From assembly GCA_964403725.1 (NCBI GenBank), contig CAYOHI010000003.1:14374-78373 (forward strand): a stretch of 64,000 bases of DNA, written 5' to 3'. Each line of letters opens with the position of its first letter. Position 1 is the first letter of the stretch. Position numbers and translations under genes: made by a program. Positions 38,727 to 47,695 of the stretch are shown piece after piece. The notes under the pieces were generated by a model. That model saw only the letters and a list, made by a program, of their open reading frames with translations. It made no database searches and was not told the origin of the DNA. This stretch comes from an uncultured Candidatus Saccharibacteria bacterium. Lineage in GTDB: Bacteria > Patescibacteriota > Minisyncoccia > Portnoybacterales > UBA2143.

Positions 38727-40451
38727 TTATTGCGGTGGTATTTCTAAATAGTTGAATAGGTATTCAGCTAATCTCTTAAAGACAGGACTAACTGAATCCG
38801 AGGCAAAGCGGATGCCTTGAGGCTTGTCTAATTTTACTAAAATGACAAATTCTGGATCAAAAGCGGGAGCATAGCCGACAAAACTGTGGATTGTCTCTTC
38901 TGAATAGCCTCCCTGCTCCATATCAGCCATTTGGGCTGTTCCCGTTTTACCAGCAATATCATAGCCTGTCAAACGTGCTGGTTTCCCATATCCGTTTTCT
39001 ACTACGCTGACCAGCATCTCACTTATCTCTTCTGATGTCTCAGGAGTGATGACCCGGTCAATCAATTCAGGCTGGATGTCTGTTTCTTCTCCATCTGAGT
39101 AGATGATTTTTTCAACTACATAGGGCCTCATCAGCTTGCCGTCATTAGCCAGGGCTCCTATGGCTGCAACCAGTCCTAGCGGAGTCATTGTTATTCCCTG
39201 CCCGAAAGAAATGGTAGCTAAGTTGATTTCTCTGCCCGTGAACAAGTTGTTAATATTCCCTCCTATCTCACCTACCAGATCAACGCCGGTCGGCTGGTCG
39301 AAATTGAATCTCTGGACGTAATTTTGGAAAATCTCTTCACCTACCAATTGCTGGACATAGACTGCTCCGGTATTGAGAGATTTTTCCAATACCTGGGTCA
39401 TGGTTTGCTCGTTATATACCTTCCCGTCAACATTGCTGATATTGCTTCCCTTTATCTGCAGATATCCCCTGTCCATATATACTGAATCTGGGGTGACTTT
39501 GTCAGCATCCAGGCCAATAGCCATAGTAATCGGCTTGAATACAGAGCCTGGCTCATACACTTCTGAGATGGATGGATTAAGAAAGACATCAATGTTTTCT
39601 ACCTTGCCATATTCATTAGGGTCAAATACCGGCCAATTAGCCATAGCCCTGATAGCGCCAGTTTTTGGATCCATGATGATGATGGTGCCGCTTTCAGCTT
39701 TCCATTTCTCAGCCACTTCTTTCAATTCTTTTTCGGCCCTGAACTGAATGTTCTCATCAAGGGTCAAAATGATATCAGCTCCATCTTGAGCCGGTTCAAC
39801 CTGCCTGTTAAGCGAAGGTATCCAATAGCCAGCGGTATCTTTTTCTCCAGCTAAGAATCCAAATCTTCCTTTCAAGTCGTTCTCATAATATCCTTCCAAT
39901 CCATATTGCCCGATTTTTTTCTTATCAACCATACCGACAAAGCCTGTTATATGGCTAGCCAGCGTATTATTCGGATAATATCGCCATTCCTCAGAAGTCA
40001 GGCCAACGCCCGCAGCTTCCAGTTCCTTGACCTTGTCAGCTATTTCCTGATCTACCTTGTATTTCAAAGGTTCATAAGGGTCATCTTTCTTATTGATCCT
40101 TCTTGAAACATCTTCTTTGTCCAAATCGAGTATTTCGACCAGCTTATTGGCCAAACCATCCTTTTCTTCTTCATTGATATCTTGAGGAACCAGATATATT
40201 CTTTGGAATTCCTTGTTGACAGCTAAGGGACAATGATGGTCTTCTTCTCTCTGCTGGCTGGATAGGTCCTGCATGAATATCTCGCCCCTTTGAGGGAAAA
40301 GGGTTGCATAAAGCTTATGCTGGCCTTGGGCTAGGGCGTAATAGTTGTCATATTGAAGGATCTGGAGAATAAACAAGCGGGCAAATACCCCGCTCCCTAA
40401 AAGAAAAATGATGGTTATTAAGAAATATATGCGCCAATTACTTGCCTTCAT
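38727..40451 (-). CDS. ftsI: penicillin-binding protein 2 / FtsI-type transpeptidase
   Basis: N-terminal TM helix. SxxK (GSVFKP), SxN (SLN) and KTG (AGKTGTA) motifs. Positioned between ftsL and murF. Confidence 0.9.
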   Translation of the reverse strand: MKASNWRIYFLITIIFLLGSGVFARLFILQILQYDNYYALAQGQHKLYATLFPQRGEIFMQDLSSQQREEDHHCPLAVNKEFQRIYLVPQDINEEEKDGLANKLVEILDLDKEDVSRRINKKDDPYEPLKYKVDQEIADKVKELEAAGVGLTSEEWRYYPNNTLASHITGFVGMVDKKKIGQYGLEGYYENDLKGRFGFLAGEKDTAGYWIPSLNRQVEPAQDGADIILTLDENIQFRAEKELKEVAEKWKAESGTIIIMDPKTGAIRAMANWPVFDPNEYGKVENIDVFLNPSISEVYEPGSVFKPITMAIGLDADKVTPDSVYMDRGYLQIKGSNISNVDGKVYNEQTMTQVLEKSLNTGAVYVQQLVGEEIFQNYVQRFNFDQPTGVDLVGEIGGNINNLFTGREINLATISFGQGITMTPLGLVAAIGALANDGKLMRPYVVEKIIYSDGEETDIQPELIDRVITPETSEEISEMLVSVVENGYGKPARLTGYDIAGKTGTAQMADMEQGGYSEETIHSFVGYAPAFDPEFVILVKLDKPQGIRFASDSVSPVFKRLAEYLFNYLEIPPQ

Positions 40452-40455
40452 ATGT

Positions 40456-40794
40456 CTATTCTCTAATTGCTACTGCTTTATCTTCACCCAAATATGTTAT
40501 TTCTCCTACTTCAATCATTTTCAGAGAACCAACTAATCTTTCCAAATTAGCTGGTGATTGCCATTGGGCGATATCTATCTCCATTCTTTCTGCTTCAACT
40601 TCAAGCTGACTTATTTTTTTCTGGTGGTCCCTAATTTCAAAATTACAACTAACCAAACTATTGGTTTGGAATAGATAGAGGAATGATAAGGCGACAACTG
40701 AAAAAGTAATCAAAACGCTTAATATGGCTAAACCGCGATTATGTTTAGATCCACAGAATTTTTTTGATTTGATACAGTGATTTTTGACAGTCAT
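40456..40794 (-). CDS. ftsL: cell division protein FtsL
   Basis: 112 aa. A single TM helix followed by a coiled coil (KKISQLEVEAERMEIDIAQ). Canonical position between rsmH and ftsI. Confidence 0.7.
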   Translation of the reverse strand: MTVKNHCIKSKKFCGSKHNRGLAILSVLITFSVVALSFLYLFQTNSLVSCNFEIRDHQKKISQLEVEAERMEIDIAQWQSPANLERLVGSLKMIEVGEITYLGEDKAVAIRE

Positions 40795-40795
40795 C

Positions 40796-41659
40796 TTATA
40801 TCCTTATTCCGGCCCGGAGTTTGGCGCTCCGGCTCCTCTTATTTATTTCAATTTCCTCTGGGCTTGGCCCAATTGGTTTTTTAGTTAAGATTTTTAAATG
40901 ATCCTTGCGGGCTGATTCTCTGAAGAAATTCTTAACGATCCTGTCTTCTAAAGAATGAAATGAAATTACTACCAGTCGCCCACCTTTTTCTAAAAGTTCC
41001 AGAGCCTGCGGCAAGGCTTTCTCTAGATTATTCAATTCATCATTAACTGCTATTCTCAAAGCCTGGAAGGTTTTGGTAGCAAAATGTATCTTGCCATGCC
41101 TGTATCCGCTCGGAACCGCTCTTTTGATAAGATCTACTAATTGGTCAGTTGTCTTGATTTGCCTATTCTGTCTTTCTCTGTGAATTATCTCAGCGATCCT
41201 TCTGGCAAACCTTTCTTCTCCATATTCTCTAAATATTCTAATTAATTCATCCTTGGTCCATTGGTTAATGATATCCTCAGCTGTTAATCCGTGATCTGAG
41301 CAATTCATTTTCAATGGCTCGTCTACCTTAAAAGTGAATCCCCGACCACTTTTATCAAAGTGCCAAGACGAGATACCAAGGTCCAGCAATATACCGTTAA
41401 TTCTATGAAATTCATTTTTCTCTGCTATTTCCTTTAAATTATTGAAATTGTCTTTTATTAAAACCAGTCTTTCATTTTTAGGGGCTTGTTTTAGGACTTC
41501 CTTGTCTTGTTCTATTCCTAAAACTTTTCCATCGGGCTTGCTCTTTTCTAAAATTGCCAAACTATGCCCACCGAATCCAAAAGTGCAATCTATGAAATTC
41601 TCGTTACTCTTTGGATCAAGATATTCTAAGGTTTCTTTTAATAGGGCTGGTACGTGCAT
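40796..41659 (-). CDS. rsmH: 16S rRNA (cytosine1402-N4)-methyltransferase
   Basis: MHVPALLKETLEYL...DCTFGFGGHS is the conserved RsmH/MraW N-terminus and SAM motif. Confidence 0.95.
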   Translation of the reverse strand: MHVPALLKETLEYLDPKSNENFIDCTFGFGGHSLAILEKSKPDGKVLGIEQDKEVLKQAPKNERLVLIKDNFNNLKEIAEKNEFHRINGILLDLGISSWHFDKSGRGFTFKVDEPLKMNCSDHGLTAEDIINQWTKDELIRIFREYGEERFARRIAEIIHRERQNRQIKTTDQLVDLIKRAVPSGYRHGKIHFATKTFQALRIAVNDELNNLEKALPQALELLEKGGRLVVISFHSLEDRIVKNFFRESARKDHLKILTKKPIGPSPEEIEINKRSRSAKLRAGIRI

Positions 41660-41660
41660 A

Positions 41661-42092
41661 TTACAGACCCAACTCTCCTAATTTACCTGCCAGATCTCCA
41701 ACTTCTTTTTCAGCTTTTTGCCTGTAATTATCCCATTTGTCTTCTGACCAGATTTCCAGACGATTATACAGACCAATGACAACCGCATTCTTTTTCAAAG
41801 ATGCATATTTTTTTAAGTAATCTGGGATTAGGATTCTTCCTAATCTATCAAAGTTTACAGACATCGCTCCGGCTAGCATGACTCTGGCAAAGCTCCTGGC
41901 TTCAACCTGGCTAGCTGGCAGCTTGCCTAACTTGTCAGCCATGTTTTCCCATTCTTTTAAAGAGTATAAAACCAGACAATTATCAATTCCACGGGTAATG
42001 ACAGCTCCCTTGCTAAAGGAAGGCCTAAATTTAGCTGGAACAGCCAATCTTTTCTTAGTGTCTATTGTATGTTTGTATTCTCCTATGAGCAT
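41661..42092 (-). CDS. mraZ: transcriptional regulator MraZ
   Basis: Two MraZ (SpoVT/AbrB-like) repeats (DTKKRLAVPAKFR and DRLGRILIPDYLKK). The start was set at the ATG (MLIGEYKH), matching canonical MraZ N-termini. The ORF track's TTG start is 15 nt upstream. Confidence 0.85.
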   Translation of the reverse strand: MLIGEYKHTIDTKKRLAVPAKFRPSFSKGAVITRGIDNCLVLYSLKEWENMADKLGKLPASQVEARSFARVMLAGAMSVNFDRLGRILIPDYLKKYASLKKNAVVIGLYNRLEIWSEDKWDNYRQKAEKEVGDLAGKLGELGL

Positions 42093-42097
42093 GTTAG

Positions 42098-42289
42098 TTA
42101 TCCACAATTACCCTTGTTTATCCCCACTTTTATCCACAATTGATTACCTTACATCCATTATATGTTACTAATTATTCCCTGTCAAACACTCAAAACCCAC
42201 TTATTTTGCTGTTAAGAAAAATACAAAAATGGCTTATTCAAGCCATTTTATGTAAAAACACCGTATTTTCTATCCACATATTATCCCCA
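42098..42289 (+). promoter_or_regulatory. cluster of DnaA-box-like 9-mers (TTATCCACA) upstream of mraZ. Candidate DnaA-regulated dcw promoter, MraZ operator, or replication-related element.
   Basis: TTATCCACA at 42098-42106 and 42130-42138 are perfect matches to the E. coli consensus. TTATCCCCA at 42118-42126 and 42281-42289, and CTATCCACA at 42270-42278, match at 8 of 9 positions. All are in the same orientation and separated by AT-rich DNA. Confidence 0.5.
42229..42248 (-). terminator. rho-independent terminator of the 42281-42730 gene
   Basis: AATGGCTT-ATTC-AAGCCATT is a perfect 8-bp hairpin. The minus strand then continues TTTTTGTATTTTT. Confidence 0.6.
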
Positions 42290-42730
42290 TTTACGCTTCA
42301 AGGCGTAAAAAGAGATTAAAATTATCAATATTAAGGCTGGCAAACCTTGCCAAAAACTCAATCCAGACCAATAGTGGATAGTATTGTGAAAACCTATCAA
42401 TGGTTTTAATGATTCTAAATTTAAATTAACATAGGCAAAATTAAGGAAATCAGGAAAGATCGACACCCCAGCACCAAGAAATATTAATTCTCTTTTCTTT
42501 CTAGGATATTTTAAAGATAACAATATTACTATAATTATTCCTATTAAAAGATCTATCCCTATCTTGATCAAATCATTAAAGCCTTCTAAAGCAACCTTAT
42601 CTAGATAATCCCAATGAGGTAGAAAGTCTAATAAGTAATGACTCGCTAAAGCCAAAATAAAAACGGACCAGACTCTTTTGGCCCGTATTCCAACAACTGA
42701 ACCAACTAACATATGTGGAAAAAGTATCAT
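42281..42730 (-). CDS. membrane-bound metal-dependent hydrolase-like protein (DUF457/YdjM-like)
   Basis: Small polytopic membrane protein with conserved His residues (HMLVGS..., SHYLLDFLPHWD) typical of the YdjM family. Confidence 0.45.
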   Translation of the reverse strand: MILFPHMLVGSVVGIRAKRVWSVFILALASHYLLDFLPHWDYLDKVALEGFNDLIKIGIDLLIGIIIVILLSLKYPRKKRELIFLGAGVSIFPDFLNFAYVNLNLESLKPLIGFHNTIHYWSGLSFWQGLPALILIILISFYALKRKWG

Positions 42731-42763
42731 AATACAAAACGCAAACGCTGATCTAATCGTCCT

Positions 42764-43339
42764 TTAAATTTTTAACCTATTGATTAATTTCTCATGGGGC
42801 TTTTCCAAGACATCCCTTAAGAACCGATCAAACATATCATATCGATATTTAAAGTCTTCGCTTGAAAGAAGCACATAATCGATTTCCTTACCTACTTCTG
42901 CTTCTAAATCTCTTAGAAAACCAGAGAGATTTTTCTTCTTAACACTATCCCCGACTATTAAAAGATCTACTCTTGTGTTATCAGCATCAACAAAGATACC
43001 AGAGAGGATAGCTAAGCTAATTTTCCCGATACTTCTTAATCTCTTTAATATTCTTTCTTTAGAAGCAGGACTAGACTTTAGAACTAGGGTTTTTAGTTCC
43101 TTGTAAAAGACAAACCCGGGATTTATTGAATAATACTTCTTATTCCTCTTAACTCGACTATTGATGAATTTGATGCTTTCTAATTTCTTAATTTGTCTCT
43201 GACAGGCGGATGAATCACTCCTGATTCTTTTAGCTATCTCCTGTAAGTAAAAAGATTGACCTTTGTTGCGCAAAAACAACTTTAGCAATCTAACTTTAAC
43301 TGGAGAATCAAAAAGCTGTTCCAAGATTTCTTTACCCAT
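42764..43339 (-). CDS. winged-helix transcriptional regulator with C-terminal nucleotidyltransferase-like domain
   Basis: N-terminal ArsR/MarR-like wHTH (LQEIAKRIRSDSSACQRQIKKLESIKFI). The C-terminal part has a G..D.D-like pattern (LSGIFVDADNTRVDLLIVGD). Confidence 0.45.
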   Translation of the reverse strand: MGKEILEQLFDSPVKVRLLKLFLRNKGQSFYLQEIAKRIRSDSSACQRQIKKLESIKFINSRVKRNKKYYSINPGFVFYKELKTLVLKSSPASKERILKRLRSIGKISLAILSGIFVDADNTRVDLLIVGDSVKKKNLSGFLRDLEAEVGKEIDYVLLSSEDFKYRYDMFDRFLRDVLEKPHEKLINRLKI

Positions 43340-43430
43340 AATACTCCCTTCTCCTCCTTATATATAAATTAAACCTACTATCTCTAGTAGGTTTAATTCT
43401 ATCAAAATATTTGATTTGATTCAATAAGAA

Positions 43431-43868
43431 TTACTTCAAATCAACACCGGCACCAGCTTCTTCTAATTTCTTCTTCATCTCTTCGGCTTCTTCTTTCTTG
43501 ACTCCTTCTTTTAGAGTCTTAGGAGCTCCGTCAACTAAATCTTTGGCTTCTTTTAGACCAAGACCGGTAATTTCTTTAACTACCTTGATTACAGCGATCT
43601 TTTGGTCTCCAGCGCTAGTTAATTCAACATTGAACTCGCTTTTTTCTTCAGCGGCTTCACCGCCATCAGCAGCGCCAGCTGCTGGAGCTGCAGCCATAGG
43701 CACAGCACTAACACCGAACTTTTCTTCTAAGACTTTGACTAATTCAGCTAAGTCCAATACGCTAAGCTCTTCAATTTGTTTTACTAAATCTTTAAACTTA
43801 GAAGGAACTTTGACTTCCTTAGTTTCTTCCTTAGTTTCTTCTTTTTTCTCTTTTTTTTCTTCTGCCAT
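43431..43868 (-). CDS. rplL: 50S ribosomal protein L7/L12
   Basis: The C-terminal domain [31 protein letters not shown] is canonical. An Ala-rich hinge is present. Confidence 0.95.
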   Translation of the reverse strand: MAEEKKEKKEETKEETKEVKVPSKFKDLVKQIEELSVLDLAELVKVLEEKFGVSAVPMAAAPAAGAADGGEAAEEKSEFNVELTSAGDQKIAVIKVVKEITGLGLKEAKDLVDGAPKTLKEGVKKEEAEEMKKKLEEAGAGVDLK

Positions 43869-43924
43869 TTTTTTATTGAAACCTATATCTTATCTATTTC
43901 ATTAATTAATGAAATAGATAAGAT

Positions 43925-44446
43925 TTAAGCTTCCTTCTTTATATTACTTAATACAAAAACTAATTTTCTCAAATTACCCTGCAAAGCATTGGCTAATCCA
44001 TACATAGGGCTTGAAATATTGCCTACTAGCTTGGATAGAAGCTCTTGCTTTGATGGCAATTTGGCTAAACTAATTATTGCTTCATTTTCTAAATGATTTC
44101 CTTCAATAATACCTGTTAAAATCTTTACTTCTTCATTTTCTTTAGAAAACTCATGTAAGATCTTAGCTGGGATAACTTCATCTTCATAACCTAAAATTAA
44201 AGCAACTTGGCCAGGCACTTCCTTGATTTTCTCGGGAATCTTCAAACCAGCTTTTTCTAAAGACAAGTCAATTAAGGTTTTCTTAATTACCTGACAATCA
44301 ATTCCTTCTTCTCTTAATTTACCTCTTAATTCTTGGAATTGATCTACTTTAAGGCCGGTATAGTCAAAAAACACAACTGCTTTATGACGATTCAGCTTAT
44401 CGACTAAATCACTGATTAATTCTTTTTTCTTGTCTTTTGTAATCAT
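43925..44446 (-). CDS. rplJ: 50S ribosomal protein L10
   Basis: The uL10 N-terminus AVVFFDYTGLKVDQFQELRGKLRE is present, and the gene lies immediately upstream of rplL. Confidence 0.9.
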   Translation of the reverse strand: MITKDKKKELISDLVDKLNRHKAVVFFDYTGLKVDQFQELRGKLREEGIDCQVIKKTLIDLSLEKAGLKIPEKIKEVPGQVALILGYEDEVIPAKILHEFSKENEEVKILTGIIEGNHLENEAIISLAKLPSKQELLSKLVGNISSPMYGLANALQGNLRKLVFVLSNIKKEA

Positions 44447-44596
44447 ATTTTTTAGATTAAAAAATCCGTGACCACAGACACGGACTACTCCTCAAAGAAT
44501 TTTGAGTTTTCGCCTCTATAGGGTTTATTGGATACCTATGGTCTATGGCATTTATTTGATTATCTCTATCTTATTGTATCTATATTGATATGTCAA
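44447..44596 (-). promoter_or_regulatory. rplJL promoter plus structured leader with attenuator-like hairpin (putative L10 leader)
   Basis: On the minus strand: TTGACA, a 17-nt spacer, then TAAGAT. A roughly 115-nt leader follows, containing CCGTG-TCTGTGGT-CACGG and then UUUUUU, 15 nt before the rplJ ATG. Known L10(L12)4 autoregulation acts on such leaders. Confidence 0.4.
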
Positions 44597-44600
44597 GAGT

Positions 44601-45590
44601 CTACCTCAAGTACTTATTCTTATTCGCCACGTGCTCTTCAAAGGTTCTACTGTAAATAGTTTGTCCCCCTGGAGCTGAAAGGAAGAAATAGTAATCTGTA
44701 TCAATTGGATAAACAGCTGCTTTAATCGACAGTATTCCAGGGTTATTAATCGGGCCAGGAGGCAGTCCCTTGTTCTGATATGTATTGTATGGTGATTCAA
44801 TCTTTGTATCTTCAGTTGAATAGATCCATTTATCCACCCCTAGGATATATGCGATCGTCGCACATGACTGCAAAGGATAATTATCTCCTATCCTGTTCCA
44901 GAAAATTCCTGAAATTATTCTCTTGTCATAATACAAAGGCAGTTCCTTTTCAATAATACTGGCCATAGCTATAATTTCTTTGATCGTCTTGCCCTGTCTT
45001 TCAATTTCAGCAACTAAATTCTTGCTCAATTTCTTATCGAAATTATCCATCATAGTGACTATAATTTCATCGACAGTTGCATCTTTTTCAAAATCATATG
45101 TATCAGGAAACAGATACCCTTCAAGTTCCGGCCTAGCCAATATTTCACCTGGTTCAATCAATCCCTTACTAGCCAATCTGGCATCAATCTGTTTGTTTGT
45201 AAATCCTTCAGGAATGGTTACTCTAATTTCATTGGTCAGAGTATCTCCTCCTACGATCTTGCGGGAAATCTGACGAATGCTTAAAGCAGAGCTTAAGACG
45301 TATTCTCCTGCTTGCAGTTTGGCAGCCCAGCCTTTATACATGATATATCCGGTAAACCATATTTTGCCCCGTATTAGACCAGCTTCGTCTAGATTCTCTG
45401 AAATCTCTTTCAATCCTTGGCCTTGCTCGATATTGAAGGTTTGATTAGCGCCGTTCATGAATAAGGGAGTATCAAGCTGATAGTCAATTACAAAAACAAT
45501 ATTTAAAGAATAGAAGAAGATCACAAAAAGGCTTATTAGTAAAATAAACCTTTTTTTGTTTTCAATTTTTATCCTGTTAATAAATTTCAT
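44601..45590 (-). CDS. mltG: endolytic murein transglycosylase MltG (YceG-like)
   Basis: N-terminal TM helix, YceG core (...GEYVLSSALSIRQISRKIVGG...) and C-terminal FLSAPGGQTIYSRTFEEHVAN. Confidence 0.8.
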   Translation of the reverse strand: MKFINRIKIENKKRFILLISLFVIFFYSLNIVFVIDYQLDTPLFMNGANQTFNIEQGQGLKEISENLDEAGLIRGKIWFTGYIMYKGWAAKLQAGEYVLSSALSIRQISRKIVGGDTLTNEIRVTIPEGFTNKQIDARLASKGLIEPGEILARPELEGYLFPDTYDFEKDATVDEIIVTMMDNFDKKLSKNLVAEIERQGKTIKEIIAMASIIEKELPLYYDKRIISGIFWNRIGDNYPLQSCATIAYILGVDKWIYSTEDTKIESPYNTYQNKGLPPGPINNPGILSIKAAVYPIDTDYYFFLSAPGGQTIYSRTFEEHVANKNKYLR

Positions 45591-46210
45591 TTATTTACCA
45601 GAGGCACGAAAGAAAATCCTGGATATTCAATACTTTCAAACTTATTCTTACTTTTTTTAATTAATAGCCAAATGCTGCTTTTGACTGGCGTGACCAGTCG
45701 TCCACCAATTTTTAATTGTTCTTTCCAGGTGTTTGGAATTTCTTTGGCTGAAGCAGCTGCAATGATCTTGTCAAAAGGCGCTTCGCTGGGCAAGCCTTTT
45801 GATCCATCACCTGTAATGAATTCCACATTTTTAAAATTATACTTATCCACGTTCTTTTCTCCAAATTCTTTCAGTTCTGGAATTAACTCAATTGCATAGA
45901 CAAAGCCTTTTTTTGCAATCTGGCAAAGCATGGCTGTCTGCCAACCAGATCCAGAACCAATATCTAGAATTTTATCATTTTTTTGTGGCTGGAGCAATTC
46001 CAACATGAAGGCTAAAGTCAAAGGCTGGGATATTGTTTGTTTAAAACCAATAGGAATAGGCGCGTTATATTGGTTAACAAACTCTTTTCCCTTATCCTTT
46101 ATTATCTTCTTCGGCAAAAAATTAGCCCTTTCAATTTTTCTGAAAGCTTTGATGATACTTTTAGTCTTGAGATATTTCTGCTCAATGAGTTGGTTTACTA
46201 ATTTAGGCAT
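45587..46210 (-). CDS. pcm: protein-L-isoaspartate O-methyltransferase
   Basis: TISQPLTLAFMLELL and the SAM motif ILDIGSGSGWQTAML. Confidence 0.85.
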   Translation of the reverse strand: MPKLVNQLIEQKYLKTKSIIKAFRKIERANFLPKKIIKDKGKEFVNQYNAPIPIGFKQTISQPLTLAFMLELLQPQKNDKILDIGSGSGWQTAMLCQIAKKGFVYAIELIPELKEFGEKNVDKYNFKNVEFITGDGSKGLPSEAPFDKIIAAASAKEIPNTWKEQLKIGGRLVTPVKSSIWLLIKKSKNKFESIEYPGFSFVPLVNK

Positions 46211-46227
46211 AATAGTATCTTAACATA

Positions 46228-46373
46228 TTGACTTTTAAGTAACAATGATATATAATGCAAATACACGTAAGTTTCTCTAAAAGTTTTCTCTTTCCTTATG
46301 CTTGTGCGTAAGTCAAAAAAAGAAACCATAAAAGAAGAAAGTCGACTTACGCTTTAACAACACGAAAGAACAT
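46228..46373 (+). promoter_or_regulatory. promoter (TTGACT, 17-nt spacer, TATAAT) and long structured 5' UTR of the RRM-protein gene
   Basis: Perfect -10 at 46251-46256. The roughly 110-nt leader contains a 9-bp long-range stem GCGTAAGTC (46306-46314) / GACTTACGC (46344-46352), plus a repeated CGTAAGT. Confidence 0.4.
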
Positions 46374-46667
46374 ATGAATAAGAAATTATATGTAGGTGGT
46401 CTACCTTATGAAACCACCGAAGATGAGTTGAAGGAAGCCTTTGCTAAGGCCGGTACCGTTGAGTCAGCAGTTATTATTACTGACAAAATGACTGGTCGTT
46501 CAAAAGGATTTGGCTTTGTTGAGATGTCTTCTGAAGAAGAAGCTCAAGCAGCCATTGAAATGTGGAATGGCAAAGAGTTTGGTGGTCGCAACTTGACCGT
46601 CAACGAAGCCCGTCCAATGAAGGAACGCCCACAAGGCAACTTCAACCAAGATAACAAAAATTGGTAA
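46374..46667 (+). CDS. RRM-type RNA-binding protein
   Basis: RNP2 LYVGGL and RNP1 KGFGFVEM motifs. 97 aa. Confidence 0.85.
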   Translation: MNKKLYVGGLPYETTEDELKEAFAKAGTVESAVIITDKMTGRSKGFGFVEMSSEEEAQAAIEMWNGKEFGGRNLTVNEARPMKERPQGNFNQDNKNW

Positions 46668-46686
46668 ATTTATTTATCGATATATC

Positions 46687-46712
46687 AAAAACAGCCCATC
46701 TGGGCTGTTTTT
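46687..46712. terminator. bidirectional rho-independent terminator
   Basis: CAGCCCA-TC-TGGGCTG hairpin with flanking A-run and T-run, between convergent genes. Confidence 0.65.
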
Positions 46713-46733
46713 GAATTCAAGATTTAATTAATA

Positions 46734-47678
46734 TTAATCTAATTCCCTAATTGGAGTAAGAACTTCTTTTTTTAAATGATCCTCGATGCTTTTTTCAATA
46801 CATTGATTACCCTTTTCATGCGGCCAGATTTCCCTATAATATTCATATCTAGAATTATCATCATCTAAATTAGAAGTTCTGAAATTAGCACACAGTTCAA
46901 AATCAGTCTCACTTAAAACACTGTATTCATAATTTGTCTTTGTCTCTGGATCAGTTACTGTTTCTGAAGTTATGAATTTAATCTTTTCACTTAAAACAGA
47001 CAGATCTTCTGGCAATTTTTCATTAGAACTATAATATTGATTTATCCCGTCATTGATCATGTTGAAATTATTTAGAACAGCCTGATCTAATTTCCTGTCT
47101 CTGGCTTCCATTGGGCTTTCTCCAAAAATTAAGGCTGAAGGCAAGACTATTAGAACAATAATTAAAGAAACGAAGAAATATGTTCTAATAATACCATCTT
47201 TAACGCCTAGGATATTCCTGCGGCGGATGTCATACAGATAGAAGCTAAAGATTAGACCTGAAATGATAATTGAGGTTAAAGCCTTCAAGCCGAATTTAAG
47301 GGTTAATTCCCCTCCTAAGAAAATATTAACTAAGCCGATGAACCAGCCTAGAATAACAATTGAAGAAATCAGAAGAATGAAATAGTTTAAGACTTTCCTG
47401 ACTTTCGAATCTTCAGCTAAAGCTCCTTTAAAAAGATTCTTGTGGATGAAGTAATTAACAACAAAGAATACTGGAGCAGCCACTATCAAGGCTGAAACAG
47501 CAAAGCGCAATGCCTCAGGATCAAAGCTATACCTGAACTGATTAATGGCGTCAGGAATATATTTATTAATAATTTGAAAAACAATCATGCCTACTGAAAA
47601 ACCAGTAAATCCTAGAGAAACTAAGGAAAGCATGTATAGGAAAGCGTATTTTGGTGAATCGTAATTATTTGTATCCAT
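46734..47678 (-). CDS. hypothetical membrane protein (N-terminal multi-TM domain plus C-terminal soluble domain)
   Basis: About 6 TM helices, then a Cys-containing acidic domain. No family recognised. Confidence 0.4.
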   Translation of the reverse strand: MDTNNYDSPKYAFLYMLSLVSLGFTGFSVGMIVFQIINKYIPDAINQFRYSFDPEALRFAVSALIVAAPVFFVVNYFIHKNLFKGALAEDSKVRKVLNYFILLISSIVILGWFIGLVNIFLGGELTLKFGLKALTSIIISGLIFSFYLYDIRRRNILGVKDGIIRTYFFVSLIIVLIVLPSALIFGESPMEARDRKLDQAVLNNFNMINDGINQYYSSNEKLPEDLSVLSEKIKFITSETVTDPETKTNYEYSVLSETDFELCANFRTSNLDDDNSRYEYYREIWPHEKGNQCIEKSIEDHLKKEVLTPIRELD

Positions 47679-47695
47679 ATTTTTATCTTAATTAT

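Noticed and set aside
42098-42289. Interpretation of the DnaA-box cluster as the chromosomal origin (oriC)
   Set aside because: Kept only as an alternative. There is no dnaA or dnaN gene nearby and no gene-strand switch. The boxes sit in a promoter region, so a regulatory role is the more conservative reading.
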